This document shows positions 22,417-32,836 of a DNA stretch of 64,000 nt, one piece after another. This DNA is from an uncultured Planctomycetaceae bacterium (GTDB taxonomy: Bacteria; Planctomycetota; Planctomycetia; Pirellulales; PALSA-1355). Position 1 is the first letter of the stretch. Every line of letters starts with the position of its first letter. A program made the position numbers and the translations under genes. Location of the stretch: NCBI GenBank assembly GCA_963785305.1, contig CAWAUV010000005.1, positions 160,001 to 224,000 of the forward strand, given 5' to 3'. Under the pieces are notes generated by a model. The model was not told the DNA's origin. It did not search any database and saw nothing but the letters and a program-made list of their open reading frames with translations.

Positions 22417-24134
22417 TCAATGCGCGGTCGCGACTTGTGTGCGTTTGGCGCGGCGGCGGCGCCAGGCTTCGCGAAAGCCAACTCCACCCAGGCCAAAGCA
22501 CGCCGCCAAGCAGGCGCCCGAGAGCCAGTCGCCGTGGTCCAGGTAAAAACTAACTCGCTGGACGATCGTCGGCCGGGCGAGAATGAATTCGCTGGTTTGC
22601 CGGCCGCCTTGGGCGCGGATTTCGCCCGTGGCTTCGATCCAGGCGGAAAAGCCGGTGTTGGCCGCCACCAGGAGCGGTTTGCGAGTCTCGATCGCCCGGC
22701 ACACGCCGCAGGCCAAGTGCATGTCGAGCTCGGTCGAGCCCCAGAACCAGCCGTCATTCGTGAGGTTCACCAGCACATCGGGCTCTTCGCCGCGGGCGCG
22801 AAGCTCGTTGACATGTTCGCGCATCATGTGGGGCGACGTGGTTTCATAGCAGATATTCGGCGCATAACGCACCCCATCGATCACGGCCGATTCCGCGCCG
22901 CGGCCGGCATTGAGCCCGCCGGGCAGCGGCGTGAAGCGATAGAGCCACGGAAAGCGATCGGCCAGCGGCACATATTCGCCGAACATCACCAGATAGCATT
23001 TGTCGTAGCGGCCAATCGCCCGGCCCTCGCGATCGAGAAATAGGGCCGAGTTGAAGCGTTCCTCGCGGCCGGGCGAGTAGACCATGGTGTCGATGCCCAG
23101 CAGGGCCGGAGCGCCAACCGGCGCGACGCTTCGGCGATGATCTCTTCCGTGGTCCGACGCACTTGGCCCACGTCGTAGCGAGCGTCGGGCGGCGGTTGAA
23201 AGTCGTCGCTAAAGGTGAACCACGGCTCGCGAAACATGGTTTCGGGCCACACGATCAAGTCGAGCCGCAGCCCTTCGGCCCGGGCCCGATCGGAGGCGGC
23301 TCGCGAGAGGCCGAAATATTCGTCGTGTACCTGCATCCGCCGTGCGCCGTCGGGATCGCTCTTGAGCTCGGTGTTGACGGAGCCTTGAATCAGCGCGACC
23401 ACCGGACTCGGCTTCAGGTAGCCGGTGGAAACACCCGCGGGCTCGCCGAGGCGGTATTGCCCGTAGGCCCAAGCCGCCAGCGGCGCGACAACCAGCGGAA
23501 TCGCCGGCCACCATTTGCCGCGCTGGCCGGCCCAAGGCACGAGCATCGCCAAACATGCGGCGACAAGCGCCAGCAGAAAGCTCACCATGTAGGCGCCGCC
23601 GAGATCCGAAATTTGCAAGATCGGCAGCCGGCGAACCTGGGTGTGGCCGAGCGCGGCCATGAGAAACCCGGTCAAGACATGCGCCCGAGCCAATTCGAGC
23701 CCGGTCCAGACGACGGGCGCCGCGACAACGGGCGAGATTCGCAGCCGCCACTTCGCCACGCGGATCAGCCAGACCGTGAGCGGCCAGTAGACACCCATGT
23801 AGATCGAGATCGCGAGCCACCCAAAAGCCGTGGCCCAGTGCGGCAACGTGAGCCAGTACACGCTCACGAGCCAAAATCCGACGCCGCAGGCATAGAGTGT
23901 CCAATACGGTCGCTTGCCTGGCAAATGTTCTTGCCTGGCCAGCAGCACGAACGGGGCCACGGCGAGCCAACCGAGCGGCCAGAGATTCAGCGGCGGCAGC
24001 GCGGCCCAAAACAGCGCACTGCCCAAAAGCCCCAGAAACCAGGGCCGATACCAATAGCGTTCGGCGCCCGGCGTGGCGAGCGCTGTGGGGGCCGAGAGCG
24101 GCGCGGCGGAGGCAAGGGGAGCGAGCGTGGTCAT
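22417..24134 (-). CDS. lnt: Apolipoprotein N-acyltransferase (indel near 23110)
   Basis: IVWPET, YDKCYLVMFGEYVP, ICYE, NLTNDGWF, AANTGFS. Confidence 0.93.
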
Positions 24135-24392
24135 GGGGATAAGCCTAAACCGCCGGCGAAGAAATGCCCAGACCGATTTTGCCTCGCGGCTCCAACGACT
24201 TACGCACGCTCGAGGATCGCCCGCCGTGGCGGCTCGGGCGTTACGGATTGTGAGCCGTGCGTTCATCCTTGATAATGATCGCCGTGGGTCGAGGGCTTCC
24301 GCTCCGCGAGAAGCGTGTCCACGGCTGCTGGTGAGTGCTCATCGCCGCCGAGCGCGGCGTCGCGACTTTCTTCCATTGGGCAACGGGCGATT

Positions 24393-24951
24393 GTGTCGAA
24401 CTCCTTGATCGGTCGCGTGGCGGCCGGCGAACAACAAGCGATGGAAGAATGCCTCGACCGCTTCGGCGGTTTGGTGTGGTCGCTTGCGCAAGGGTTCACC
24501 CACGGCGGCCGACGCCGAAGACGCCGCCCAAGAGATTTTCATCGACTTATGGCGGAGCGCGGCCCGGTTCGACTCCGCCATCGCCTCGGAAACCACCTTT
24601 GTCGCGATGATCGCCCGGCGACGGCTAATCGATCGCCAGCGCCGCCTGGGCCGACGCCCCCAGAACGAGGCCCTGCCGCCGGAACTCGCCTCGCGCGGCC
24701 CTTCCACCACGGAAGCCGCCGAAATGGGCGACGATGTGGCGCGGGCCGCGCAAGCGCTCGGCGGCTTGCGGCCCGAACAGCGGCAAGTGCTCTCGCTCTG
24801 GATTTACGACGGACTGACGCACGACGAAATCTCGCGCTCCACCGGCCTGCCGCTCGGCACCGTCAAAACCCATGCGCGGCGCGGGCTCTTGCAAATTCGC
24901 GGCATGATCGGGCTGGCCCGCTCCGATAAACAGCGAGGAGGGGCGACATGA
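24393..24951 (+). CDS. ECF sigma factor, SigK-like (indel near 24500)
   Basis: DAEDAAQEIFIDLWRSAARFD, IARRRLIDR, GLTHDEIS, LPLGTVKTHARRGL. Confidence 0.9.
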
Positions 24952-25772
24952 ACGCCGAAAATCCTCGTTCCGATCTCGACGCGATCCACGACCTGCTCTG
25001 CGAGCAAGTCGAGCGCGAACTCACGCCCGCCGAATCGGCCGAGCTCGAGCGGCTGTTGGCCTTGCACCCGGCAGTCGACCGCGAGGAACTCGAGCGCGTG
25101 GCCGCGGCGATCGAGCTATCGCTCGGAGCCCCGGTGTTCGAGCCGCTTCCGCCGGCATTACGGGGCAAACTGCTCGCCGACGCCCGCCGCTGGGCTGCTG
25201 AGACGAATTCCGGACAAGGCGCCGCCGAACTGATTCGAGCCGCTGGCGGAGTCGGGCCGCGGGTTGCTCGGCCCGCCGATCTCGGCGCACAAAGCTCGGG
25301 CCGATCGTGGTGGCCGTGGCTGGTCACGGCGGCCAGTCTGCTGATGGCGACCTGGGCCCTGTACCCACGGTTCGAGCGAGCCCCGAGCCCCGCCCAGGAG
25401 CGAAGCGAACTGCTCGCCACCCCCGACCTGGTGCGGGCGCCACTGGCCGACCCGGTGACGAGCGAAGTGAAAGGCGACTTGGTCTGGAGTCCGTCGTTGC
25501 AACGGGGCTTCATGCGCATCAAGGGGCTCGAGCCCAACGATCCGAAGAAGCGCCAATATCAGCTTTGGATTTTCGATGCCAATCAAGACGACAAATATCC
25601 GATCGACGGCGGTGTGTTCGACATTTCGAGCAAGGGCGAAGTCGTGGTGCCGATCCATGCGGCGCTGCATGTGGTGAAGCCCGGCCTATTTGCCGTGACC
25701 GCCGAGAAACCGGGCGGCGTGGTGGTCTCTTCGCGCGAAGCGATCAAACTGCTCGGCAAGCCCGAGGGGTGA
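24948..25772 (+). CDS. RskA-like anti-sigma factor
   Basis: ATGA overlap with sigma; PPALRGKLL, TM helix, QYQLWIFD, FAVTAEKPGGVVVS. Confidence 0.88.
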   Translation: MNAENPRSDLDAIHDLLCEQVERELTPAESAELERLLALHPAVDREELERVAAAIELSLGAPVFEPLPPALRGKLLADARRWAAETNSGQGAAELIRAAGGVGPRVARPADLGAQSSGRSWWPWLVTAASLLMATWALYPRFERAPSPAQERSELLATPDLVRAPLADPVTSEVKGDLVWSPSLQRGFMRIKGLEPNDPKKRQYQLWIFDANQDDKYPIDGGVFDISSKGEVVVPIHAALHVVKPGLFAVTAEKPGGVVVSSREAIKLLGKPEG

Positions 25773-25818
25773 TCGCGGTTTTTTCCGCGCTGGCCGGATA
25801 TTTTTGCGCTTTCCGGCT

Positions 25819-25844
25819 GAATCCACCTTTCCGCGGCGGGCGAA
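25819..25844 (+). promoter_or_regulatory. Putative SigK-type ECF promoter (GAATCC-N15-GCGAA)
   Basis: Matches the mycobacterial SigK-type ATCC-N15-xCGAA pattern, about 85 bp upstream of the next ATG. Confidence 0.5.
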
Positions 25845-25928
25845 TGCGGTTGTTGGCGGGCCGAGGTTCGCCGGCATTCCCGGGTGCGAAGCCATGGGCC
25901 TCGCCGCGCAAACTCGTTCAAACGCCTC

Positions 25929-27227
25929 ATGAAAATCGCCATTGTCGGATCGGGCATCGCGGGCATGACCGCCGCGCATCTATTGCACGGAGCGCATGAG
26001 ATCACGCTGTTCGAGGCCGGCAGCCATGTGGGCGGCCACACGCACACGGCGCATCTCGTGATCGATGGTAGACCGTTGGCGCTCGACACCGGCTTTATTG
26101 TCTTCAACAACCGCACCTATCCCAACTTCGCGCGGCTGCTCGACCATCTGGGTGTTGCTTCCCAGGAAAGCGACATGAGCTTTAGCGTGCGCTGCGATCG
26201 CACCGGATTCGAATATTGCGGTTCGTCGCTCAATGCACTCTTCGCCGACCGGCGAAACTTCGCGCGGCCTTCGTTTTATCGCATGCTTCGCGATATCCTG
26301 CGGTTCAATCGCGAGGCGCCGGCGATTCTCGAAGACGCCGACGATGAACGCACCCTGGGCGAACTGGTCGCACAAGGCCGCTACGGCGCCGAGTTCGTCG
26401 AGCGATATCTGATGCCGATGGGCGCGGCGATCTGGTCGGCCTCGAGCGGACAGATGCATGCGTTTCCGGCCAGGTTCTTCGTGCGATTCTTTCGCAATCA
26501 TGGACTGCTGTCGGTGGCCGATCGGCCGCGGTGGCGCGTCGTGCGCGGCGGCTCGGACCGCTATGTGGCGCTGCTGACGGCGCCGTTTGCCGAGCGGGTG
26601 CGGCTCGTGTGTCCCGTCGCCGGAGTCGAGCGCCGGCCGGATCATGTCGTGCTCACCACGGTCGGCGGCGAGAGATCGAAATTCGACCATGTGGTCATCG
26701 CCGCGCATGCCGATCAGGCGCTGGCGATGCTCGCCGATCCGACTCCGACCGAGCAAGCGGTGCTTGGCGCGTTTACCTACCAGCGCAATGAGGCGGTGCT
26801 TCACGGAGATGAGTCGCAATTGCCACGGCGGCGCCGGGCCTGGGCGAGTTGGAATTATCATCTCGGGTCCGACGATCGCGGCGTGGCGGTGACCTATCTG
26901 CTCAATCGCTTGCAAGGCATCGATTCCCCACGGCAATTCTGTGTGACGCTCAATCGCACGGATCGCCTCGCGCCGGAGAAAATCCATCGCCGCGTCATCT
27001 ACCACCATCCGCTGTACACGGCGCGCGCCGTGGCGGCGCAACTCCGCCGGCGCGAAGTCAGCGGCGCACGGCGCACGCACTACTGCGGGGCGTATTGGGG
27101 CAATGGGTTTCATGAAGACGGCGTCGTGAGCGCGATTGATGTGGCCCGGAATTTTGGTCTGGATTTTCCCGCATGCAAAGCTGCATCTACGAAGGCCATG
27201 TGCGGCACCGTCGCTTCGAGCCCGTGA
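25929..27227 (+). CDS. FAD-dependent oxidoreductase (UfaD/Rv0449c-like)
   Basis: MKIAIVGSGIAG, DTGFIVFNNRTYPNF, SDMSFSV, AWASWNY, GAYWGNGFHEDG. Confidence 0.9.
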   Translation: MKIAIVGSGIAGMTAAHLLHGAHEITLFEAGSHVGGHTHTAHLVIDGRPLALDTGFIVFNNRTYPNFARLLDHLGVASQESDMSFSVRCDRTGFEYCGSSLNALFADRRNFARPSFYRMLRDILRFNREAPAILEDADDERTLGELVAQGRYGAEFVERYLMPMGAAIWSASSGQMHAFPARFFVRFFRNHGLLSVADRPRWRVVRGGSDRYVALLTAPFAERVRLVCPVAGVERRPDHVVLTTVGGERSKFDHVVIAAHADQALAMLADPTPTEQAVLGAFTYQRNEAVLHGDESQLPRRRRAWASWNYHLGSDDRGVAVTYLLNRLQGIDSPRQFCVTLNRTDRLAPEKIHRRVIYHHPLYTARAVAAQLRRREVSGARRTHYCGAYWGNGFHEDGVVSAIDVARNFGLDFPACKAASTKAMCGTVASSP

Positions 27228-27982
27228 AGCGTGAGTTCCGTTATCGGCTGTTCATGCTGTATCTCGATCTCGACGAGACGCCCGGCGTGTTCGATGGCCG
27301 GTGGTTTTGGTCGGCGCGCGGTCCGGCGCCGGTGCGATTTTGCCGCGCTGATTATTGGGGCGACCCCGCGAGCCGCTCGCCGGGGAGGTGCGATCGCTCG
27401 TGGCCGGAAGCCTGGGCCAAGCGCCGCGCGGACCGATCCGGCTGCTCACGCTGCCCCGATTCCTGGGCTATGGCTTCAATCCGATCAGTGTCTATTTCTG
27501 TTTCGATTCCGATGCGCGCGGGTGGAAAGTGTCGTGCTCGAGGTGCGCAACACGCCCTGGGGCGAGCGGCGGGCGTATGTCCTGGCGATCGATGGCGTCA
27601 CGCCGCGCCGCTCGGCGGCGCGAATATCGGTTCGCCAAGCAGAATGCATGTTTCCCCGTTTTTGCCGATGGAAATCGAGTATCGCTTGCGGCTGAATGCC
27701 CCGGCGGCGAGCCTTGGCGTGCATCTCGAAGCATGCCCGATGGGCGAAAACGGCTCGGGCGATCGCACCGAAGACGCCCGTCCCACGCTCGACGCCACGC
27801 TCACGCTCCGGCGCCGCGAGATCGGCGCGGGATCGCTGGCGGCAATGCTGGCTCGCTATCCGCTGCTGAGCATGCGGGTCACGGCCGCCATCTATTGGCA
27901 AGCCATGCGAATTTGGCTTCGCGGCTGTCCGACGTTTACGCATCCCGCGAATCACGACGAACCAGCGAGGGTCTGTCCATGA
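27173..27982 (+). CDS. DUF1365 family protein (UfaO/Rv0448c-like; several indels)
   Basis: YEGHVRHRRFEP...FRY, GYGFNPISVYFC, EVRNTPWGER, HVSPF, IYWQA. Confidence 0.88.
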   Translation: MQSCIYEGHVRHRRFEPVKREFRYRLFMLYLDLDETPGVFDGRWFWSARGPAPVRFCRADYWGDPASRSPGRCDRSWPEAWAKRRADRSGCSRCPDSWAMASIRSVSISVSIPMRAGGKCRARGAQHALGRAAGVCPGDRWRHAAPLGGANIGSPSRMHVSPFLPMEIEYRLRLNAPAASLGVHLEACPMGENGSGDRTEDARPTLDATLTLRRREIGAGSLAAMLARYPLLSMRVTAAIYWQAMRIWLRGCPTFTHPANHDEPARVCP

Positions 27983-29336
27983 GTGTCGCGCCAGTTCAGG
28001 GAGCGCCAATTCAGGGAGCGCCAATTCAGGGAGCGCCAATTCAGGGAGCGCCAAATTCAGGGAGCGCCAATTCAGAGAGCGCCAGACCGGCTCGCGCCGG
28101 TCGCGAGGGCTCACCGCGCGAGCTGGCTCGATCGCGCCGCGCGCGACTTGGTTTTCAAGAATCTCGCCCGGCTCGGAGAGGGCTCGCTCCGACTCGAAGA
28201 GGCGGGCGAAGCGTTCACATTTGGCCCGAGCGAAAGCGCCGGTTCACTTGCCAGCACGGTGCGCGTGCTCGATCCCGGGTTCCATGGCGCCGTGGCGTTT
28301 GGCGGCACGATCGGAGCCGGCGAATCGTATATGCGCGGCGAGTGGCAATGCGATTCGCTCCCGGATCTCGTGCGACTGTTCTTGGTCAATCGCGGCGCGC
28401 TCGATCGGCTGGAAGGTTGGGCCGCCCGCTGCCAAGGGTCGCTGAGAAATCTGGTGCATGCTTGGCGCCGCAATTCGCACCGCGGCAGCCGCGACAACAT
28501 TGCCGCGCACTACGACCTAGGCAATGACTTCTTCTCGCTATTTCTCGACGAAAGCATGATGTATTCCTGTGCCCTGTTCGAACAACCCGGGTATTCGCTC
28601 GCGGAAGCGTCGGAAGCGAAAAACGATCGCATCTGCCAGCGGCTCGAACTCGCGGCCGGCGATCATTTCCTCGAGATCGGCGGCGGATGGGGCGGATTCG
28701 CCCTGCACGCGGCCGGCCGCTATGGCTGCCGGGTGACCACAACCACCATTTCGCGCGAGCAACACGCGCTGGCCAGCCGCCGTGTGCGCGAAGCGGGGCT
28801 CGCGGATCGCGTGACGGTGCTCTCGCGAGACTATCGCGATCTGACCGGTCAGTACGACAAATTGGTGTCGATCGAAATGATCGAGGCCGTGGGACATGCG
28901 TATCTCGATCGCTACTTCGCCCAGTGCGGCTCGCTGCTCAAGCCCGAGGGGCTCATGCTGCTGCAAGCGATCTTGATTCCGGACCAGCAATACGAAGCCT
29001 ATCGCCGCGGCGTCGATTTCATTCGGCGCTATATTTTTCCCGGCGGTTGCCTGCCTTCGCTCGGAGCGATCCACGGCGCGATTCGCCGCCGAACCGACTT
29101 GCAACTGACGAGCCTCGACGATCTCACGCCCCACTATGCCCGCACCCTGGAGCTTTGGCGCGCACGGTTCCTCGAAAACATCGCCGAGGTTCGCGGACTG
29201 GGATATCCCGAGTCGTTTGTGCGGATGTGGGAGTTTTATCTCGCCTATTGCGAAGGCGCATTCCGTGAAAACGCCACTAGCTGCGCAACTGCTCTTCGCC
29301 AAACCGCGCCGGCCGCGGCGCCTCGGAAAGCTTTAG
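27979..29336 (+). CDS. cfa: Cyclopropane/methyl fatty-acyl-phospholipid synthase (Cfa/UfaM-like); indels near 28053 and 29280
   Basis: NIAAHYDLGNDFF, MYSCALF, LEIGGGWGG, SIEMIEAVG, YIFPGG, WEFYLAYCEGAF. Confidence 0.92.
27988..28085 (+). repeat. 15-bp tandem repeat, about 6.5 units of GCGCCAATTCAGGGA (APIQG)
   Basis: Read directly; fifth unit is 16 bp (extra A). Confidence 0.95.
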
Positions 29337-30073
29337 TGAGTCGCGGGCATGAACTGCGGCAGCGGCATCGAACCGGCCGCGACCGGCGCTCGCGGCGCCA
29401 TGGCTTGCCGTCCCTTGCCGGCCCGCATCTCGTCGCGATATCGCAGCCAAAGGTCGCCCAGCGGGTGATCGCCGCGCCCAGGGAGCCAGGGGCCGCCGCT
29501 GGCGTAATGAATCAGCCGGGTTCGCGTGTCGCGCGCATCGCGAGTTCGCCAGGCGCCGGGCAGCTCGCCGACGAGCGCGTCGCCGATGCCCTCGAAGCGG
29601 TTGAGCGCCCCGACATTGGCGGTTTCGATCATTTGCTTGGTCCAGAGCGTGAGCCGCGGGCAATTGAGCAGCATGGCGCTCGACCACTGCACGCGCGGTT
29701 CGCCAGGGAGTGGGCCGCTCGAAGACGACGGCACGTCGGCGCCAATCGCGCCCGCGGGCCGATCGTGCTTAACTACCCGGAGCCAACAATCGCTCAAGGT
29801 CATCTCGGCGATTTCTCGCACGTCGCCCAAGCAAAGCATCTGACTGTCGAGAAAAAGAGCCGAACCGCGAAATCCGCACAAGTGCGGCACAAGAAATCGG
29901 GAATAGGCGGTTTCGCTGGTTTGGAGCGGGTCGGTCGCGCACCGCAGGTTCATCTCGCTGCTTTTGAGGCAGTAAATGTCGAGCGGAATCGAGGCATATT
30001 TCTGAAGCGAGTAACGGAGGACATCAGCGCATTCGGGAAAGCGGGAATCCCAGCCAATGAAAACTTTGAGCAT
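29333..30073 (-). CDS. GT-A glycosyltransferase-like protein (CDI-like)
   Basis: KVFIGWDSR, YSRFLVPHLCGFRGSALFLD, WSSAMLLNC, IHYASGGPW. Confidence 0.8.
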   Translation of the reverse strand: MLKVFIGWDSRFPECADVLRYSLQKYASIPLDIYCLKSSEMNLRCATDPLQTSETAYSRFLVPHLCGFRGSALFLDSQMLCLGDVREIAEMTLSDCWLRVVKHDRPAGAIGADVPSSSSGPLPGEPRVQWSSAMLLNCPRLTLWTKQMIETANVGALNRFEGIGDALVGELPGAWRTRDARDTRTRLIHYASGGPWLPGRGDHPLGDLWLRYRDEMRAGKGRQAMAPRAPVAAGSMPLPQFMPATH

Positions 30074-30268
30074 ACGAGCCTTTCGCGAGACACGGCGGAA
30101 CGGGCCAGCGGCGCCACGGATCGATTATCGGCCCGCGATACTGCTTGCAATGAGCGCTCGAGCCCCGCCGCGCGACAAATCCCAAGCTCTGCCCGCTCAC
30201 AGGGCTAGCGGCGCCGACTGCGCAAGAACAACCGTCCTCAAAAAATTGAAAATCGAAAACTGCCTCTC

Positions 30269-30631
30269 TCACCCCTCCGCCAACCACTCGCGAGCCTGCC
30301 CCAGGTCGTGGACATCGAAATACCGAATCGTGGCCGACGTAAATGGTTTGCAGAACGCGGCCATGCCGTGTTCCCACTTCTTGTCGCCCACCATCGCCAG
30401 ACGCTCGATGTGTTTCGAGTGATGGAGATCGAACTTGATGTCCTGCCAGAGACCGCCCAGGTCCCAACCGTGAAAATCGTGCATCTCGACCAAGATTCGC
30501 ACTTTGCCGTGGGCCGCGATCGCTTTTTCCACCGCCGGGACAAAATGCGCGTAATCGTCTTTGTGCAGCTTGCCCGAAAGCCGCGCTTCGATGATCTTGC
30601 CGCCCATGGATTCACTGAAAGAAACGGTCAT
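30269..30631 (-). CDS. SpoIIAA-like (STAS/SEC14) protein
   Basis: SGKLHKDDY, HGKVRIL, FHGWD, WQDIKF, ERLAMVGDKKW, QAREWL. Confidence 0.88.
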   Translation of the reverse strand: MTVSFSESMGGKIIEARLSGKLHKDDYAHFVPAVEKAIAAHGKVRILVEMHDFHGWDLGGLWQDIKFDLHHSKHIERLAMVGDKKWEHGMAAFCKPFTSATIRYFDVHDLGQAREWLAEG

Positions 30632-30780
30632 GATGATTCGACTCCGTGGAAGTTCGATGTTTCCGTGAACGCACTGCTCGGCCGGGCCGCGAGCGAACCG
30701 AAGCCAAGTCGCTGGGGAAGATGACTCTATTGGACATTATCCGGCATGCAACCACAAAAAGGAATGCGTGGCTTTGCTAA

Positions 30781-31092
30781 TTACGCCGCGAGCGGGCGCC
30801 ACGCGTCGCTTTTATCGACGAAATGCTCGCGCCAGACGCGCGTGAAATCACGTCCGGCGAGATCCATCTCGAAGATGTCTCGCGCGACTTCATGAAACCG
30901 CGGCCGACGACCCCACATTTTCGCGAGTGCTGGCTGGCGGATCCACCGAGGGTCGAATCGCCGTTTCGCCAGATTATCCACGGCCGCCGCAATCGTCGCG
31001 GGCTCATCGAAAACAACGCTCGCATCGCGAGTATCGAACAGAGCATTCAGCGCGGGAAACGACTTGAGGCAAACGACCGAAGGACGAGGCAC
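30781..31092 (-). CDS. Possible small hypothetical protein
   Basis: 103-aa ORF starting 3 bp after the TPR gene stop; no recognisable motif. Confidence 0.3.
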   Translation of the reverse strand: MPRPSVVCLKSFPALNALFDTRDASVVFDEPATIAAAVDNLAKRRFDPRWIRQPALAKMWGRRPRFHEVARDIFEMDLAGRDFTRVWREHFVDKSDAWRPLAA

Positions 31093-31095
31093 GCG

Positions 31096-31609
31096 TTAAT
31101 CCAGGACGAACCTCGCCCGAAACGTGGGATCGGAGGCGCACGTTGTCGAAGTCCGATTCGTCGGCCACGAGATCGCGAAACGAGCCGTCGATGGCCAGGG
31201 CTCGCGAGAGAAACAGCAGCACTTGCCGTGTGTTGCCGGCCAAGCTCCAGTAGCAGGCGAGATTGTAGAGGAGCAGCGCGTTCCGCGGGTCGTGGGCCAG
31301 CGCGTGTTCGAGGGCCGCGATCGCTTTGTCGAGGCGTCCGGTGCGTTTGTAGCACCAGCCCAGCGCGAGGCCGACCTCGGTGGTTCGCTCGGGCAGCCGC
31401 CTGGCCGCGATTCGGAGTGGTCGCAGGGCCGCTTCATGTTGGCCGAGCGATCGGAGCGCTTCGCCGCGGAGGTAGCTGGCGCGGCCGGAGCGATCGGCGC
31501 CGTCGCCATAGCGGGCGAGAGTGTCGAGCGCGTGGCGGGCCATGCCGAGCTCGAGGTATCCTTCAGCTTGCCGCAGCCAAAGTTGGCGGCGAATGCGATG
31601 CGCCGACAT
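31096..31609 (-). CDS. TPR protein (indel near C-terminus)
   Basis: QAEGYLELGM, LGWCYKRTGRLDKAI, YNLACYWSLAG, DESDFDNVR..DPTF. Confidence 0.85.
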
Positions 31610-31923
31610 GATTTTTGCCCTCGTCTCGCCGTTCATTGCCGAGCGTCGCCGGCCCGCCAATCTTGGCCGAAGCGCTGGCTCGTCGTCGTGGCCGCCGATT
31701 CAGATTGGCCGTGATTCCGTCCGGCCCCACGAATTCCCGCCTCGCGGCGCTCAAGCGACTATACCTATTGTAGTTCGCCCCCGCCCCGCTGCCGAGAGCC
31801 CGAAACAGGACCAAATCGCAGGGCGGCAGGTTGAGGAAAATACATGCAACTCGGCGGCGACCATCAATGACCGCGACGGACGCAACGACGCGACGATCGG
31901 CAGCAGTTGTTCCGACGAGAGCG

Positions 31924-32836
31924 TCAGCCATCGGCCAGCGCCGGCGCCTCGCGGTGGACTTTGGCGAGCGAGCGGGATGTGCCGGCGAGTTTTAGGGTGG
32001 GGGCGAAGTTGCGGAACTCTTCGTCGATGCGGTCGAACAACTCAGCCACCTCCGGCGCGCCGGCCGGAGCGTGCAGTGTGTAGGCGGCGTCGAACGCTTC
32101 GCGTTCGCTCCACGGTTCGTCGCGCATCGAGGGCAATAGCGACGACAAGTTCACCGCGATCTGCAAGCCGCTCGCCGCTTCGGCTTCGGGCAACAACAAC
32201 TCTTGCCGCGAATGCCGCGCCACGAGGTCGGCGAGATGGGCCGGCAGGTTCCAACGCCGGGCCATGTACTCGGCCGCGTCGGCGTGGTTCCAACCGAAGC
32301 GCTCGGTCTCGAGCTCCGAGAGGCGGCGGCCCGAGGCGCGATGTTCGCGGAACATGGCGGCGTAGTCGTCCGGCAGCGCCTTGACCAAGAGCGGCAGGCT
32401 CATGTCTTGCAGCAGCGCCGCGGCAAAGGCTTCTTCGGCGTCTTGGAGTTTCAGCAACTTGGCGAAGGCCCGGGCAAACAGGCCGCGGTAGAGCGAATCT
32501 TTCCAGAGGGCCGCGACATCGAGTTCGCCTTGGGCTCCGCTGGGCGTGAGGCTAAACACGGCGCTCCAAAGCACGAAGTTCTTGATTGTGCGCGCCGACG
32601 AGCGAGATCGCCAGCTTGATATTCGACACATCGCGCGAGAAGCCGAAGTACGACGAATTCACGAACTTGAGCACCTGGCCGGCCAGGCCCGGATCGGCCT
32701 CGATCGGGGCGGCGAATTCGACCGGCGGCACTTCCGACTCACGAGACCAAGCGAGCAGTTGCAGGGCGCTTTGCGGCAGGGCGGGCAGTTGGGAGTCGCT
32801 GAGCAGGGTCTTGAGGTCGATCGCGCGTTGCGTCAT
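31924..32836 (-). CDS. Standalone HDOD domain protein (indel near 32590)
   Basis: LPALPQSA, IEADPGLAGQVLKFVNSSYFG, EAFAAALLQD, FGWNHA, WNLP. Confidence 0.88.

Noticed and set aside
27988..28085. Repeat array as CRISPR
   Set aside because: Direct tandem 15-mers without spacers, inside a CDS, no cas genes
29337..30208. 741-aa extended Cfa
   Set aside because: Caused by an indel near 29280; the extension is antisense to the glycosyltransferase
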